From contig NC_068982.1 of the NCBI RefSeq assembly GCF_001194135.2, forward strand, positions 38,658,372-38,722,371: a stretch of 64,000 nt of DNA, written 5' to 3'. The notes beneath the pieces were generated by a model. That model saw only the letters and a list, made by a program, of their open reading frames with translations, ran no database searches and was not told the origin of the DNA. Origin of the DNA: Octopus bimaculoides. Lineage: Eukaryota. The position numbers and the translations under genes were made by a program. Every line of letters begins with the position of its first letter. Position 1 is the first letter of the stretch. Below, in pieces: positions 11,845-23,340 of this stretch.

Positions 11845-12030
11845 GATATCTTGCTGTTGCCAAAGAAGAAAAGTGTCATCCATGCATCTTAATCAAGCAC
11901 AGGTTTCAGTGCTGTACTTTCTAAAGCAAAATCTTTTAAGTGCTCCATATAGACTTTAGCTATTATTGATGATAATGGTGAACCCGTAACCTTCCCATCA
12001 ACTCATTGGTGTATTTCATTTTTCATTTAG
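11845..12030 (-). pseudogene. Penelope-like element reverse-transcriptase relic
   Basis: Minus translation TTNF*MKNEIHQ*VDGKVTGSPLSSIIAKVYMEHLKDFALESTALKPV..RCMDDTFLLW matches the PLE RT signature TYF.F....Y.Q..G..MGSPLS..IAN.YME......KP..W.RYVDDTF. Confidence 0.75.
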
Positions 12031-12182
12031 AAGTTAGTAGTCTGTATGCACCATATTAACATCTCCGTATTATCATTTATGGAAAACGCACATGAATTGA
12101 ATGTTCAAGCCTCAAGAACACAATAACCTATGTAAATGGAATCAGATATTACCAATTACATACTGCTTTAAAATATATTATC

Positions 12183-12282
12183 TTGATCTGGTATATGCAA
12201 GTGAGGTAGTATTAAATTAAAATAGCCATCTTTTGATCTGGTATATGCAAGTGAGGTAGTATTAAATTAAAATAGCCCTCTT
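12183..12282. repeat. 50-bp tandem duplication (2 copies, 1 mismatch)
   Basis: TTGATCTGGTATATGCAAGTGAGGTAGTATTAAATTAAAATAGCC(A/C)TCTT twice. Confidence 0.95.
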
Positions 12283-12890
12283 TTTATGTTACTTAGGCTG
12301 CTACTGGGGTGATTTTTGTCTCCCTCCAATATTGCGATTTGAACACAATACGTTCATAAGAATGTTATTACAGGATGAACAAGGCAGCAACTAGCCAATC
12401 AATGATGTATATACATTGAATATGATACACAGATGGCTATATTATCTTGAAATAGTATTTTGATACATCAATGTAGAAATAGAAAGGTTACGAAAATATA
12501 TCCATGAAAATAGTCCTATGTTTAGAACTATGGCCATGAGCCCAAAGTTTGACTCACCTAGTGGAAGTAAACAAACGCATTTTGTTAATTATGCTAAATG
12601 TCAATGTTGAGCTTGTTATCATTTGAAAAAAGCTTTCTTTATCAAAATTCCATGTGAAGACTGTTCAGTTGGCACTGATGGTTTAATAACAACCAACTGT
12701 ATTAATAAATACAAAAGGTTGTAATTCTATTATATGTATTGAATACTTTTTAATTTGTTCACAGTGAAATATTACAAATACTATATATGTGCATGCATGC
12801 ACACACATGAAATTGCAAACTTCAGCCTTACAAAGCAACTATGATAACATTACATAAATTAGAAGGATCACATTTTAAATTGATACTTAC

Positions 12891-13041
12891 CGATTATGGC
12901 ATGTGTAAGAGCACTGGCAAGAACTATAAACCAGCCCCAACCACCATCAGGTGCCTTCAACTCACCAGTTGGTTTGGTTTCTACTGGATGCACCTTTTTT
13001 GAATAAGTCTGATTGTCTTCAGTTTTTTTCAAGCAATTCAT
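12891..13041 (-). CDS. SLC16/MCT first coding exon (exon extends into 5' UTR to an acceptor at 13067)
   Basis: ATG at 13041 (A at -3). MNCLKKTEDNQTYSKKVHPVETKPTGELKAPDGGWGWFIVLASALTHAII contains the diagnostic MCT PDGGWGW motif. Donor G|gtaagt at 12891/12890; upstream acceptor atatctacag at 13068. Confidence 0.95.
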
Positions 13042-13219
13042 TTTCCTTGTATTTATATATCATAGAACTGTAGATATAAACATTAAACATAAATCAATAA
13101 GTCTGAATAGTTGGTGCTGCATGCTAATTTAGGTGTATTTACACCATTTGTCTACAGTGAGAAATTTTCTCCATGAGAAAAACGCAGTGAATGGTAATAA
13201 CATTGCATAAATCAAAGTA

Positions 13220-13860
13220 TCTCCTCACATATGCTAGTTTTTGAAGAGCATTCAAAAATTGGAATAGAAGAAAAACACTTCTATTTTAAATTAATTTTTA
13301 TTGTTCTGCATTAAATAAATTTATTTACTAATTAACTTCAAAATCAATAAATCCCATGTCTCGATTGTCTTCCTCTTTTCCATGAGTTACATCCACAAGT
13401 TCTGAAAATAACTGGTTCGAACACCTACATTGTTAGATATTGGTTTCAAATTTTGGCACAAAGCCAGTAAGTTCAGGGGAGGGGTTAAGTCAATTACATC
13501 GATCTTAAAAGGATGAAAGCAGAGTCAACTTTGGCAGGCTTTGAACTCAGAACACAAAGACTGATAAAACGCCACTAAGCATTTTACTCAGCACACTAAG
13601 GATTCCGCCAGCTCGCTGCCTTCACATTGTAAGATATTAACTCAACAAACATCATTTGATATTTCCAATCTGTAATAAAACCGAAAGTTTAACAACAAAC
13701 AGCTAAGTGAAGTTGTAGATTTTCTTAATTTCCTCTGGATAATCCTTGCAATAGAGCAGAGTAATAGGGAATATTATTTTAACTTCTACTTAAGCTTAAG
13801 AGTAACTATGAAGCTAATAATGAGCAGTATAAGTTGGTTTTAGAAATGTATTTTGAGAAG
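13220..13860 (+). repeat. Copy B of the old direct repeat, interrupted by a SINE-B copy (13442-13623)
   Basis: Aligns to 10940-11610. The SINE is flanked by a ~15 bp TSD ACATTGT(T/A)AGATATT (13427-41, 13624-38) that is single in copy A. Confidence 0.8.
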
Positions 13861-15101
13861 CGATAAGAGATTCTTTACTCGAAAAGTAGTTGAAGATTTG
13901 TGACAAGAAGGACACCCAACGGTAAAGCAATACCTCAATAAAATATTCATCAAACCCATACTAGCATGGAAAAATGTATGCAAAATATATCTAAGAGCTT
14001 AGAACTCAAACTCTGCTTTGCTTCAGTGTAGTTCATAATAACTTCCTCAAACACATGTAAACTCATCATTACTGTTGTTGTCGTTGTCATCCCTGCCACC
14101 ACCATCATCATCATTTAACATCCATTTTCCATGCTAGCATGAGCTGGGTGGTCTGATAGAACCTGGCAAGCTGCAGTGCTGCACCAAGCTCCAGTGTCAA
14201 CTTTGGCATGCTTTCTGTGGTTAGATGTTCTTCCTAATACCAAAAGCGTGAATAATATTTCTGTGCCATTATTCATATTGTAATTCTAAATCAAATACTT
14301 TTAGGTTAGTCAAAATAGTTATATTTAATGCTTGCTTTGTTTCATTGCTGCCAAAATGAAAAACCTGGGTGGAAATGGTATGGACTTACCAGCTTATATG
14401 GTTTAAAAATTCAAATCTATTACAAGAATTTCTTTGTATGTCAACTTTTCTTAGGTATGGAAAATACAAACCAGAACTTTGGGAAATTTACTTGCCTTAG
14501 ACTGGTATTTTGTCTCAGAAGAATTGTGTTTTGTTTATTTATTTCAAAAGAAACCAAACATCAACTGAAATTCTATTGACTTTGAAATTCATTAAATGAT
14601 TATCTTAACTTTAATTAAAAGAAAGTCAGTAAACTGGCCTGTTTATATAATTAACTTTAATTTATAAAAAGTCTTAAGCACTAATTGTATTGCTTAAAGT
14701 TTTTCCTTTATTCATACCTCTGACAATTTGTTAATTAACTTTAGCTTCATCTGCACTGTAACATTTTGTTATAAATTAGTATGTCCGATAGTAAAAACTC
14801 ATAGCATTCATATGAAGATGTTAGCATATAATCAAAAGAATAAAGATAAATCATTGTTGAAGCACTGTCTGTTTTATTCATTTTTTTATAAATTTAGTCA
14901 ATTTCTTGGAAAGTATTAATGAAAGATATGTTGCTTTCTGTCTTTATATCATCAATTAGACAACTCTCTCTCTCTCTCTCTTGACTGAATCCCGTGGTGG
15001 TGGCATGTAAAAAGCACCCTTTGAGCAGTTGTTTACTATTGGTGACGTCCTGTACCCATATATGCATGTGTGTGGGTATATATATATATATATATTTTAT
15101 T

Positions 15102-15139
<38 letters not shown>

Positions 15140-16388
15140 CTACTTCTGTCCCTTCTATTTAATTTATTGGGTTAGCTCTTTTACTGCAGAAATCAGATAT
15201 ATCCATTCAAAATTTCATTACCTTTAACTGTGAAAAGCAGTTTTATACACCAATCTATCTTTGGTTAAAGAATGTCATGTTTGAAACTATTTTCTATTGA
15301 GAGTCCAATTTATGTCAGCATGAAAGACGTTGAATGATGACGATGATAATATGTCACGTTTATTGAGACTTGCATAAAATACCAGTTCTATTTTTGAACA
15401 TCATTACTGGAATAACCATGAAAAATTAATTTCACAGATAAAAGATTAAGGTTTCCTTTGTTCTCTTCATATACTTTATTCATCAAGAATATTCATTATA
15501 TTCTATATTCAAATGAAAAGTAAACTCAAATAAGCTTAGATCCATTTATCTGCTCTCAAAAGTCCAGATACAAAACACTTCATCTTCCCAGTACAAAATA
15601 CGAGCCATTTGGCTTTTATCATAAACAGAACAAAAAAAAAAAAATCCATTTTTTTCCACTCTTTCAAAATTTCTCATATAGTGCTTTTAGCATCATTTAC
15701 TATATTATCATATAACCAAGTTGCACCATTTAGTTTTCTAGCTTGAAGTCATTATCCTCTAATTTATATCAGTGTCACATTTACCACAAGAGATAATCCT
15801 TGCTATCACAGCAATTTAGCAGATACTATTCTTGGCCAAGGCAACATTACTTAAGCTTAACCATTTTGAAAATTCCACAGAGATTCCTCTATATAAAAGT
15901 TTTCCCCAGATAATGAGTTTCAATTCAAGAACAATGGATAATTTTTAGTTTCTTTTGTCTTGGCAGTGTAATTATTTTTGTCAGACTGTTCTGTAACTAA
16001 TTTTAATGTTTGATGTTATTAGGAACATTAATAACAACAAATAAATAAATAAAATAAAATAATCAGAAACACTTAAATGTGAAGTTTTACAGTTCAGCTT
16101 TGGTTTTTTCAAAGTGTTTCACTTATTTTGATTTTATGATATCTCAAACGCCATTGGGAAGAACAGAAATGCATTGATGGGCTCTACCTGTAAATCAGTG
16201 GTCCAGCCTTGTTACATTGATTCTACCTGAGAATTTCTATGGAATACTCAACCATTTTACACACTTATTCAATGAGTAGGTTGTCCAGTTAATCAAGCAA
16301 ATGGATTCACATACATCAATATCAATGTGAGAATTCATTATCATCATTACCTCTCTCTCTCTCTCTCCATATATATATATATATATAT

Positions 16389-16464
<76 letters not shown>

Positions 16465-17295
16465 CTGAGTGGTTGGCGTTAGGAAGGGCATCCAGCTGTA
16501 GAAACTCTGCCAAATTAGACTGGAGCCTGGTGTTGCCATCCGGTTTCACCAGTCCTCAGTCAAATCATCCAACCCATGCTAGCATGGAAAGCGGACGTTA
16601 AATGATGATGATGATGATGATGATATATATATACATACATACATACATCCCAAATGGAGATGAGTATGCTTTAACTATTGTAAAGATCTTTCTTTACCTG
16701 AAGAAGATCTTTATGTATACCTGAAGAGAGATCTATATGTATACATGTGTGTGCCTGTGTGCATGTGTATGTGTGGGTATGTTTGTGTTACTGTATCCTT
16801 GCCCTGACGTCACCTAACAGTTGTAAACTAGTGTCACCATAATGCCAGCAGTATCCTTTGTTTTCAATCTTCTGTGTCTAGTCATAAGGAAATATTACCT
16901 TACAAGAAAACAGGTGAGGTTTGGCAACAGGAAAGGCTTCCAGATGTAGAAAATTGACTTCAACAAATTCTGTCTGACTCATGTAGGCATGGAAAAGTGA
17001 ACGTTAAAGCGATAAGTATTTATTTTCAAATCTTAAGAATAATATAAAAAAATATAAATCTTGTGTTTCTAAGATATATCATCAATTTTGCTCCATAATT
17101 TATCTTGTGAATGATATAAAAGGTTAAGCCTTTGAAATTGTTAAAAATCTAAGCATTAAAGCTAAGTATTATGTAAATAGACTGACTGTATCAGGTATTA
17201 ATAAAAAAATGGAAATTATTTTAATTTATTAACAAAAAAAATGTTTATTTTTTCATTGTCTTTTCTTTCAGTCTTAGCTAAACATAAACCCCAGA

Positions 17296-18062
17296 ATCAT
17301 CATCATCATCGTTTAACGTCCGCTTTCCATGCTAGCATGGGTTGGACGATTTGACTGAGGACTGGTGAAACCGGATGGCAACACCAGGCTCCAGTCTGAT
17401 TTGGCAGAGTTTCTACAGCTGGATGCCCTTCCTAACGCCAACCACTCAGAGAGTGTAGTGGGTGCTTTTACGTGTCACCCGCACGAAAACGGCCACGCTC
17501 AAAATGGTGCATCTCATGTGCCACCCGNNNNNNNNNNNNNNNNNNNNNNNNNNNNNNNNNNNNNNNNNNNNNNNNNNNNNNNNNNNNNNNNNNNNNNNNN
17601 NNNNNNNNNNNNNNNNNNNNNNNNNNNNNNNNNNNNNNNNNNNNNNNNNNNNNNNNNNNNNNNNNNNNNNNNNNNNNNNNNNNNNNNNNNNNNNNNNNNN
17701 AAGCCAGTCCAGGGGCACTGGCAACGATCTTACTTGGCTTGCCGGGTCTTCTCACGCACAGCCCATTTCCAAAGGTCTCGGTCCGTAGTCATCGCCTCGG
17801 TGAGGCCCAATGTACGAAGGTCTTGCCTCACCACCTCAGCCCAGGTCTTCCTGGGCCTACCTCTTCCACGGGTTCCCTCAACTGTTAGGGTGTGGCACTT
17901 TTTCACGCAGCTATCCTCCTCCATTCTCACCACATGTCCATACCAGCGCAATCGTCTCTCTTGCACGCCACAACTGATGCTTCTAATGTTCAGCTTTTCT
18001 CTCAAGATACTTACACTCTGACGGGTATTCACATTGACATTACACATCCAGCGGAGCATATG
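17296..18062 (-). mobile_element. 5'-truncated RTE-clade LINE: RT C-terminus, 3' UTR and (GAT)n tail (N-gap inside)
   Basis: Minus ORF MLRWMCNV...LREKLNIRSISCGVQERRLRWYGHVVRMEEDSCVKKC..VEGTRGRGRPRKTWAEVVRQDL...DRDLWKWAVREKTRQAK* has the RTE RLRWYGHV.RM and GRPRKTW motifs. UTR ends ...CATGCTAGCATGGAAAGCGGACGTTAAACGATGATGAT. Confidence 0.93.
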
Positions 18063-18189
18063 TAAACAATTAATGATGGAAAAGGTATATTTATTATACT
18101 TTGAATCAATCATGTGTAATCTGTCACCCGTGGGACTTTATGAATGAAATGAGTGTAAGACAGAAGTCCCCTAGGACAAAAGCTCCTTG

Positions 18190-19712
18190 GTCAAAAGCTC
18201 CATAGTTAAAGTGTGAAAGAGGACAAAAGTCCCATGGTTATATTTTTTGATTATTTTTTCGTTTTTTTCTTCACTTTTTACTTGTTTCAGTCATTAGACT
18301 GAGGCCATGCTGAGGCACCACCTTGAAGAATTCTTAGTCAAATGTCACGATCCCAGAATTTTTTTAATGATTTTCAACAAGCCACGAAGTTAAGCCTAAA
18401 AGGTATCTCCACATGCTAGAAATAACAGCCAAATCTCTTGAAATTTTTTCATAATCTCCTTGGTTTTTTTTTTATTTTGTAGAAACCTTTCCTCGGCTGT
18501 TGTAGGTCTAACAGAATTATGGCACCAAAAGCTAGTCATTCAAACATACTTCTTATCATTTTTATGTTTCTACACACTTCTTGAAGTAAATGCTTTCCCT
18601 TTTGTTAGAATTCAGACATGTACATTGAGTAGTAAAGAGTCTTGTGTTCTGTTAATTTATAATTGATGTTACAGTTGATTTATTGGCACTACTTAGATAC
18701 AAAGGTCCCGATGCATCTACGTAACAATATGAAGGGGAGGGTTAGCTTTAGGGTTAGGGTGTCATTATACATCCACACAACTTACATTTGAAATGTTTTG
18801 TATGTAACACCTGTATTTACGTAATACCTCTGTATTTAAGTAGTACTGTTAAGGGACCTCTATATTTAAGTAGTACCAATTTATTTTCATTTTCAAACTT
18901 TACAATTATTCTAAAAACGTGGAAAATAATTGAAACATATGCAATATACTATTTGTGAGGGGCATAGATTTTTGACACCATTTTTTGATCGAATATATTT
19001 TGTTTACTTAAAAACTAGAATTTTGGAAAATAATTTTTTTTCACAGCCGTGATTTCCGTTTTTGTCAATGTGAAATTATTAAAAAAAAATTTGTAAGATT
19101 TGGCTGTTATTTCTAGCATGTGGAGAGACTTTCTAGGCTTAACTTTATGAGTTGGTTGAAAATCACCCAAAAAAGATTCTGGGATTGATACATTCGACTA
19201 AAAATTCCTCAAGGCGGTGTCCCAGCATGGCCGCAGTCCAGTGACTGAAACAAGTGAAAAGAGTTTTAGAGAATAAAAAAAAATAACCAAAAAATATAAC
19301 CGTGTGGTGGAGGGGTTATAAAAAAATTTCGAGAGATTTAGCTGTTATTTCTAGCATGTCGAGAGACCTAGGCTTAACTTCATTCACTGGTTGGAAATCA
19401 TCTAAAGAAATTTTGGGGTCGATATAATCGCCTAAACATTCCTCAAGGTGGTGTCCCAGCATGGCCGCAGTCTAATGACTGCAACAAGTAAAAAGAAAAA
19501 CAAAAATGAATTATATCACAGGAGTGGTTTTCATCAAGCTTAAAAAAAAAAATTCTGGATTCCACACAGCCATCTAAAAATTATTCTCCCCACCATGGCC
19601 GGCTGCAGTCTTATAACAGCAACAAGTAAAAGAAAATCTTGGAGGCGATACATTCAACTAAAAATTCTAAAAACGAAAAAATAACCGAAAAATACAACCG
19701 TGGGGCTTTTGA
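18190..19712. mobile_element. Large foldback-like element with long inverted arms built partly from SINE-A tail sequence
   Basis: 18233-18455 is the reverse complement (roughly 80% by eye) of 19081-19303. A second arm copy is at 19320-19500. Outer GGACAAAAG(C/T)(C/T)CC repeats at 18165-18235 pair with GGGGCTTTTGACC at 19700-19712. Confidence 0.7.
18685..18877. mobile_element. Merlin-like MITE with central TTAGGG motifs
   Basis: 25-bp TIRs GGCACTACTTAGATACAAAGGTCCC / (reverse complement) GGTACTACTTAAATATAGAGGTCCC; 8-bp TSD GATTTATT / AATTTATT (7/8). GG termini plus 8-bp TSD fit Merlin. Confidence 0.7.
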
Positions 19713-20412
19713 CCGGATCCCGAATGAAACACCTAAAAAAATTACATAGAATTTTTTTTTTTTTTTTAGTAGTGCGACTAGCCCGCTTCTAGTAAAAGGT
19801 CGCCTGTGCATGATTTGAATCATAGACTAACTACATGTGAAAATATGTTTAAAGAAGTGAGTGGCTGAATGGTTGTGCTGTTAAAACTATAGTTATGGAA
19901 TTGAAATGAAACCTGTAGGACTTCATTTCAATTCTACTGCAAGCATTTGAGTATTAGGGTGTCTAAATTTCAGGGTTATGTAGAAAATCATGGGTAACCT
20001 CTCGCCCGTGGGGCTTTCCGAATGGGACCTCACTTCAATTCTCCTACATGCATTTAATTGAGTATTAGGGTGTTTAAGTTACCGAATTATATAGAAAACC
20101 ATTTAGAAATGAGCTACATTAGAAAAATAAACAAGTAAATGAGTGGAAATTTTACCGGCGAGTGTGTTAAATTATACGAATTCTAAATAGAAAGTAAATA
20201 CATTGCTTTGGGGTTTACAAATTTTGATGAGTGATTTAATTTATTTAATTCTTTGAACACTAATTAGCAAATTAGTGAAGGATCTTTAAGAGAAAATATC
20301 TCGTTTCTGGATTTTCTCATTAAACATTTTCTCCGCTGATTCCACTTACAAATCTTTAAAAAACATAAACATGGTTTCTGTTGCAAGATCTACTCTCTTG
20401 TATAAACTACAA

Positions 20413-20623
20413 CAGGAGTCCCCAACCACCGGGCTATGGATCATTTGGTACTGGGCCGCACAGAAAGAATAAATTATATATATATGATGTAATTATATTA
20501 TGATATAATTAAATTATATATTATGCACTTTATTGTGTTTGTTATGCGCGTGATCTCCAGGTCCGTAGAAAAAATGCCTTGTATGAAACCAGTCTGTGAT
20601 GTGAGAAAAGGTTAGGGACCATG
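20413..20623. mobile_element. hAT (Charlie/MER1-like) MITE
   Basis: CAGGAGTCCCCAACC...GGGCCGCACAG...GGTCCGTAGAAAAAATG..TGAAACCAGTC..AAAAGGTTAGGGACCATG is the typical hAT-Charlie MITE architecture. TSD not preserved. Confidence 0.7.
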
Positions 20624-21624
20624 GATAAAACGAGGTGAGTTGAAAAACACAGTTAAGTTTGTGTTATCATGCTTGAAACATAACGAGAAAAACAATATCT
20701 AATAAATAATATTTAGGCAGTGATGAGAAGAAAATAATAATTTAGTTAGCGATATCATTTTAATATAATCTAAAGGTAAATTGTTCCGTTTATGTGAGTA
20801 AGAAAAATGTAAAATGTGTTTTACTTTACTTTGGAAATCAATCGAAATGGCACGTGAAAGGTCAATCTAAGGAATGGGTGATAACTGCAGACATATTTTG
20901 CGGTTATTAGACGTAATCAGCGAAGCAAAACAAGTTCCATTAGCGACTTTGCCTTTCATCGTTTCGAAGTATCAGTGAAACACTGGTACAAGTGAAACAC
21001 TGAGGTCGATGTAAGTACCAGTGAAACATTGAGGCCGATATAATTGACTAGTCTCCACCCACTAAATTTCAGGCCTTGTGCCTTTAGTAGAAAACATGTT
21101 TGAAAAAAATGCTGAAAGGTATACATTGCAATCGCATTTTTGTGGCTGATTGATTGTTTGGTGATAGATAGATAGATAGATAGGAAATTCTTACTTGTTA
21201 ACTGTCAAAAGTAGCGAATTAGTTAGACTGACAGATAACATGCTTTGGAATATGTAAATAAGTGTTCCTTTACTTTTCAGTTTAGATCCCGCCCTCGATG
21301 ACTTTGGCCTGGAGTCGATACAACCAATTGGTCCGTTTCCTCAGAAATTCGGCCTTGTAATAGATTGAAATTAAAATTAAAAAAATTGCTATTAACGAAA
21401 AGGAAATGAGATTCGTTGATGTCTGGCTCTTTGTTCCTGTTAATCCACTTAATATAAGTAACCGAATTTTTTAATAGTTTAAGAGATTACGTTATAAAAA
21501 ACCAGTTAGTTTCCCCCCCATCCCCCATAATAAATGTGGTTCAGTCCAATACATGACACCTTCTATTATAGCTCCGGGATTTGGTTGATGGAAACTGAAT
21601 GCAACTCATTGTATATAGTCTTTT

Positions 21625-21875
21625 CTTCGTTTGTTTCAGTCATTTGACTGCGGCCATGCTGGAGCACTGCTTTTAGTCGAACAAATCGGTGTCACTAAGT
21701 TACGGGGATGTTAAGCGATGGTGGGGAACAAACACAGACACAAACAAATACATATATACGACAGGCTTCTTTCACTTTCTGTCTACCAAATCTACTCTCA
21801 AGGCTTTGGTCAGCTCGAGGCTGTAATAGAAGGACACTTGCCCAAGGTGTCACGCAGTAGGACTGAACCCGGAAG
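21625..21875 (-). mobile_element. SINE family A copy with internal deletion
   Basis: TTGTTTCAGTCATTTGACTGCGGCCATGCTGGAGCAC tail and GACACTTGCCCAAGGTGTCACGCAGTAGGACTGAACCCGG head in reverse complement. Confidence 0.8.
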
Positions 21876-22353
21876 TTTCGAAATACAAAGCGGAAAATGT
21901 GGAAATAAGAAAATAAACATTTTATTTCTTCTTTTAAGATTTGCATCTTTATTCTTCGAAATAATTTTTTAAAGGTTATACTAGTAAGGGCTGCGAAAAA
22001 AGCTTGCCCGAAGCGCCAGCAGGTCCAACATTTCATTTCATGAGGTTACTCCACGAATGTGGTATCCAGTACTACGATCTTCCTTACTGCGCCCTTCGAA
22101 TCATTAGAATTCACTCCCACTCTAAGCTCATGAAGAACGAGCTTATTCAATTTTACAGTGATGCAGTGGGACCAGGTCGCAGTTGGTGCTACGAAATTTT
22201 GGCATCAAATTAAAAAAAAGAATGTTGACAGTTTTTGTGTGTTTTTGATTGGCTACTTTCACGCTGTAACTGTTTTAGTTTCAATATAGTCTCAGATCCA
22301 ATCACTTTGCCACCCCTAATTTTACAGGTTTTGGAAACAGGTTTTCTGAAACT

Positions 22354-22708
22354 TGTTGTTGGCTCTCCGTCGCTTACGACGTCGAGGGTTCCAGTTGATC
22401 CGATCAACGGAACAGCCTGCTCGTGAAATTAACATGTAAGTGGCTGAGCACTCCACAGACACGTAGTTCTCGAGGATATTCAGCGTGAAACAGTATGACA
22501 AGGCTGACCCTTTGAATTACAGGCACAACAGAAACAGGAAGTTAGAGTGAGAGAAAGTTGTGGTGGAAGAGTACAGCAGGGTTCGCCACCATCCCCTGCC
22601 GGAGCCTCGTGGAGCTTTAAACACTCACAACGTCCGGTTTGGGAATCGAAACCGCGATCCTATTACCGCGAGTCCGCTGCCCTAACCACTGGGCCATTGC
22701 GCCTCCAC
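22354..22708 (-). mobile_element. tRNA-derived SINE family C, near full-length
   Basis: Minus strand starts GGAGGCGCAATGGCCCAGTGGTTAGGGCAGCGGACTC...GGTTTCGATTCCC (A/B-box-like). Body CTGTGGAGTGCTCAGCCACTT..GAGCAGGCTGTTCCGTTGATCGGATCAACTGGAACC is shared with 59783-60108. Confidence 0.8.
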
Positions 22709-23105
22709 TTTCTGAAACTATACCTGTTCAAAGTGGATTATTATTATTATTTTTTGCTGTTCGTGTTCCTTAAGAGTGTGTGATTCTAGGGATATCTGGT
22801 TGCGATTTCTCGTACATCGCACAACCGCGTAGATAGCAGGCATGGACAAACTTTTTCGAGAAATGGGCCTCAAGGGACATGGCTCATCATCAAACCAACC
22901 GCACTATTAAAAAAAAAAAAAAAAAAAGGTAATTTTTCATTAGGTGTGCCGCTTAGAAACTCCCGCAGACTGTAGCTTGCCCACGATAAGCGTAAAGGTT
23001 TCCTTGTGATGTAAACAACACAAATAAATTCAACAACTACAATATTGAAAAGAATAACTGTACAAAAATTTTAATTGCAATAAACATCCCCGAGAACCAG
23101 CTCAC

Positions 23106-23340
23106 CACACACGTCTAAAATAAAAATCGACTAATAAGAAAAATACCACGACCGCCAAACAAAGGAGTAACAAGCTTGACAAAGTNNNNNNNNNNNNNNN
23201 NNNNNNNNNNNNNNNNNNNNNNNNNNNNNNNNNNNNNNNNNNNNNNNNNNNNNNNNNNNNNNNNNNNNNNNGCACAGCATAGTCGGTAGACCAAATAAAC
23301 GCCTGTTTCATCGGATTATCTTGGGAGGTTTCATTTCTTT
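23106..23340 (-). other. Candidate upstream non-coding exon of the MCT gene (N-gap inside)
   Basis: Minus-strand donor GTGTGTG|gtgagc at 23106/23105 in unique CpG-rich DNA. The MCT first coding exon starts at an acceptor, so a 5' UTR exon must exist upstream; assigning it to this site is inference. Confidence 0.3.

Noticed and set aside
22620-22708. tRNA gene (also considered at 27175-27240, 35360-35445 and 59783-59850)
   Set aside because: A/B boxes are present but there is no complete cloverleaf, and each continues into a multi-copy SINE body.
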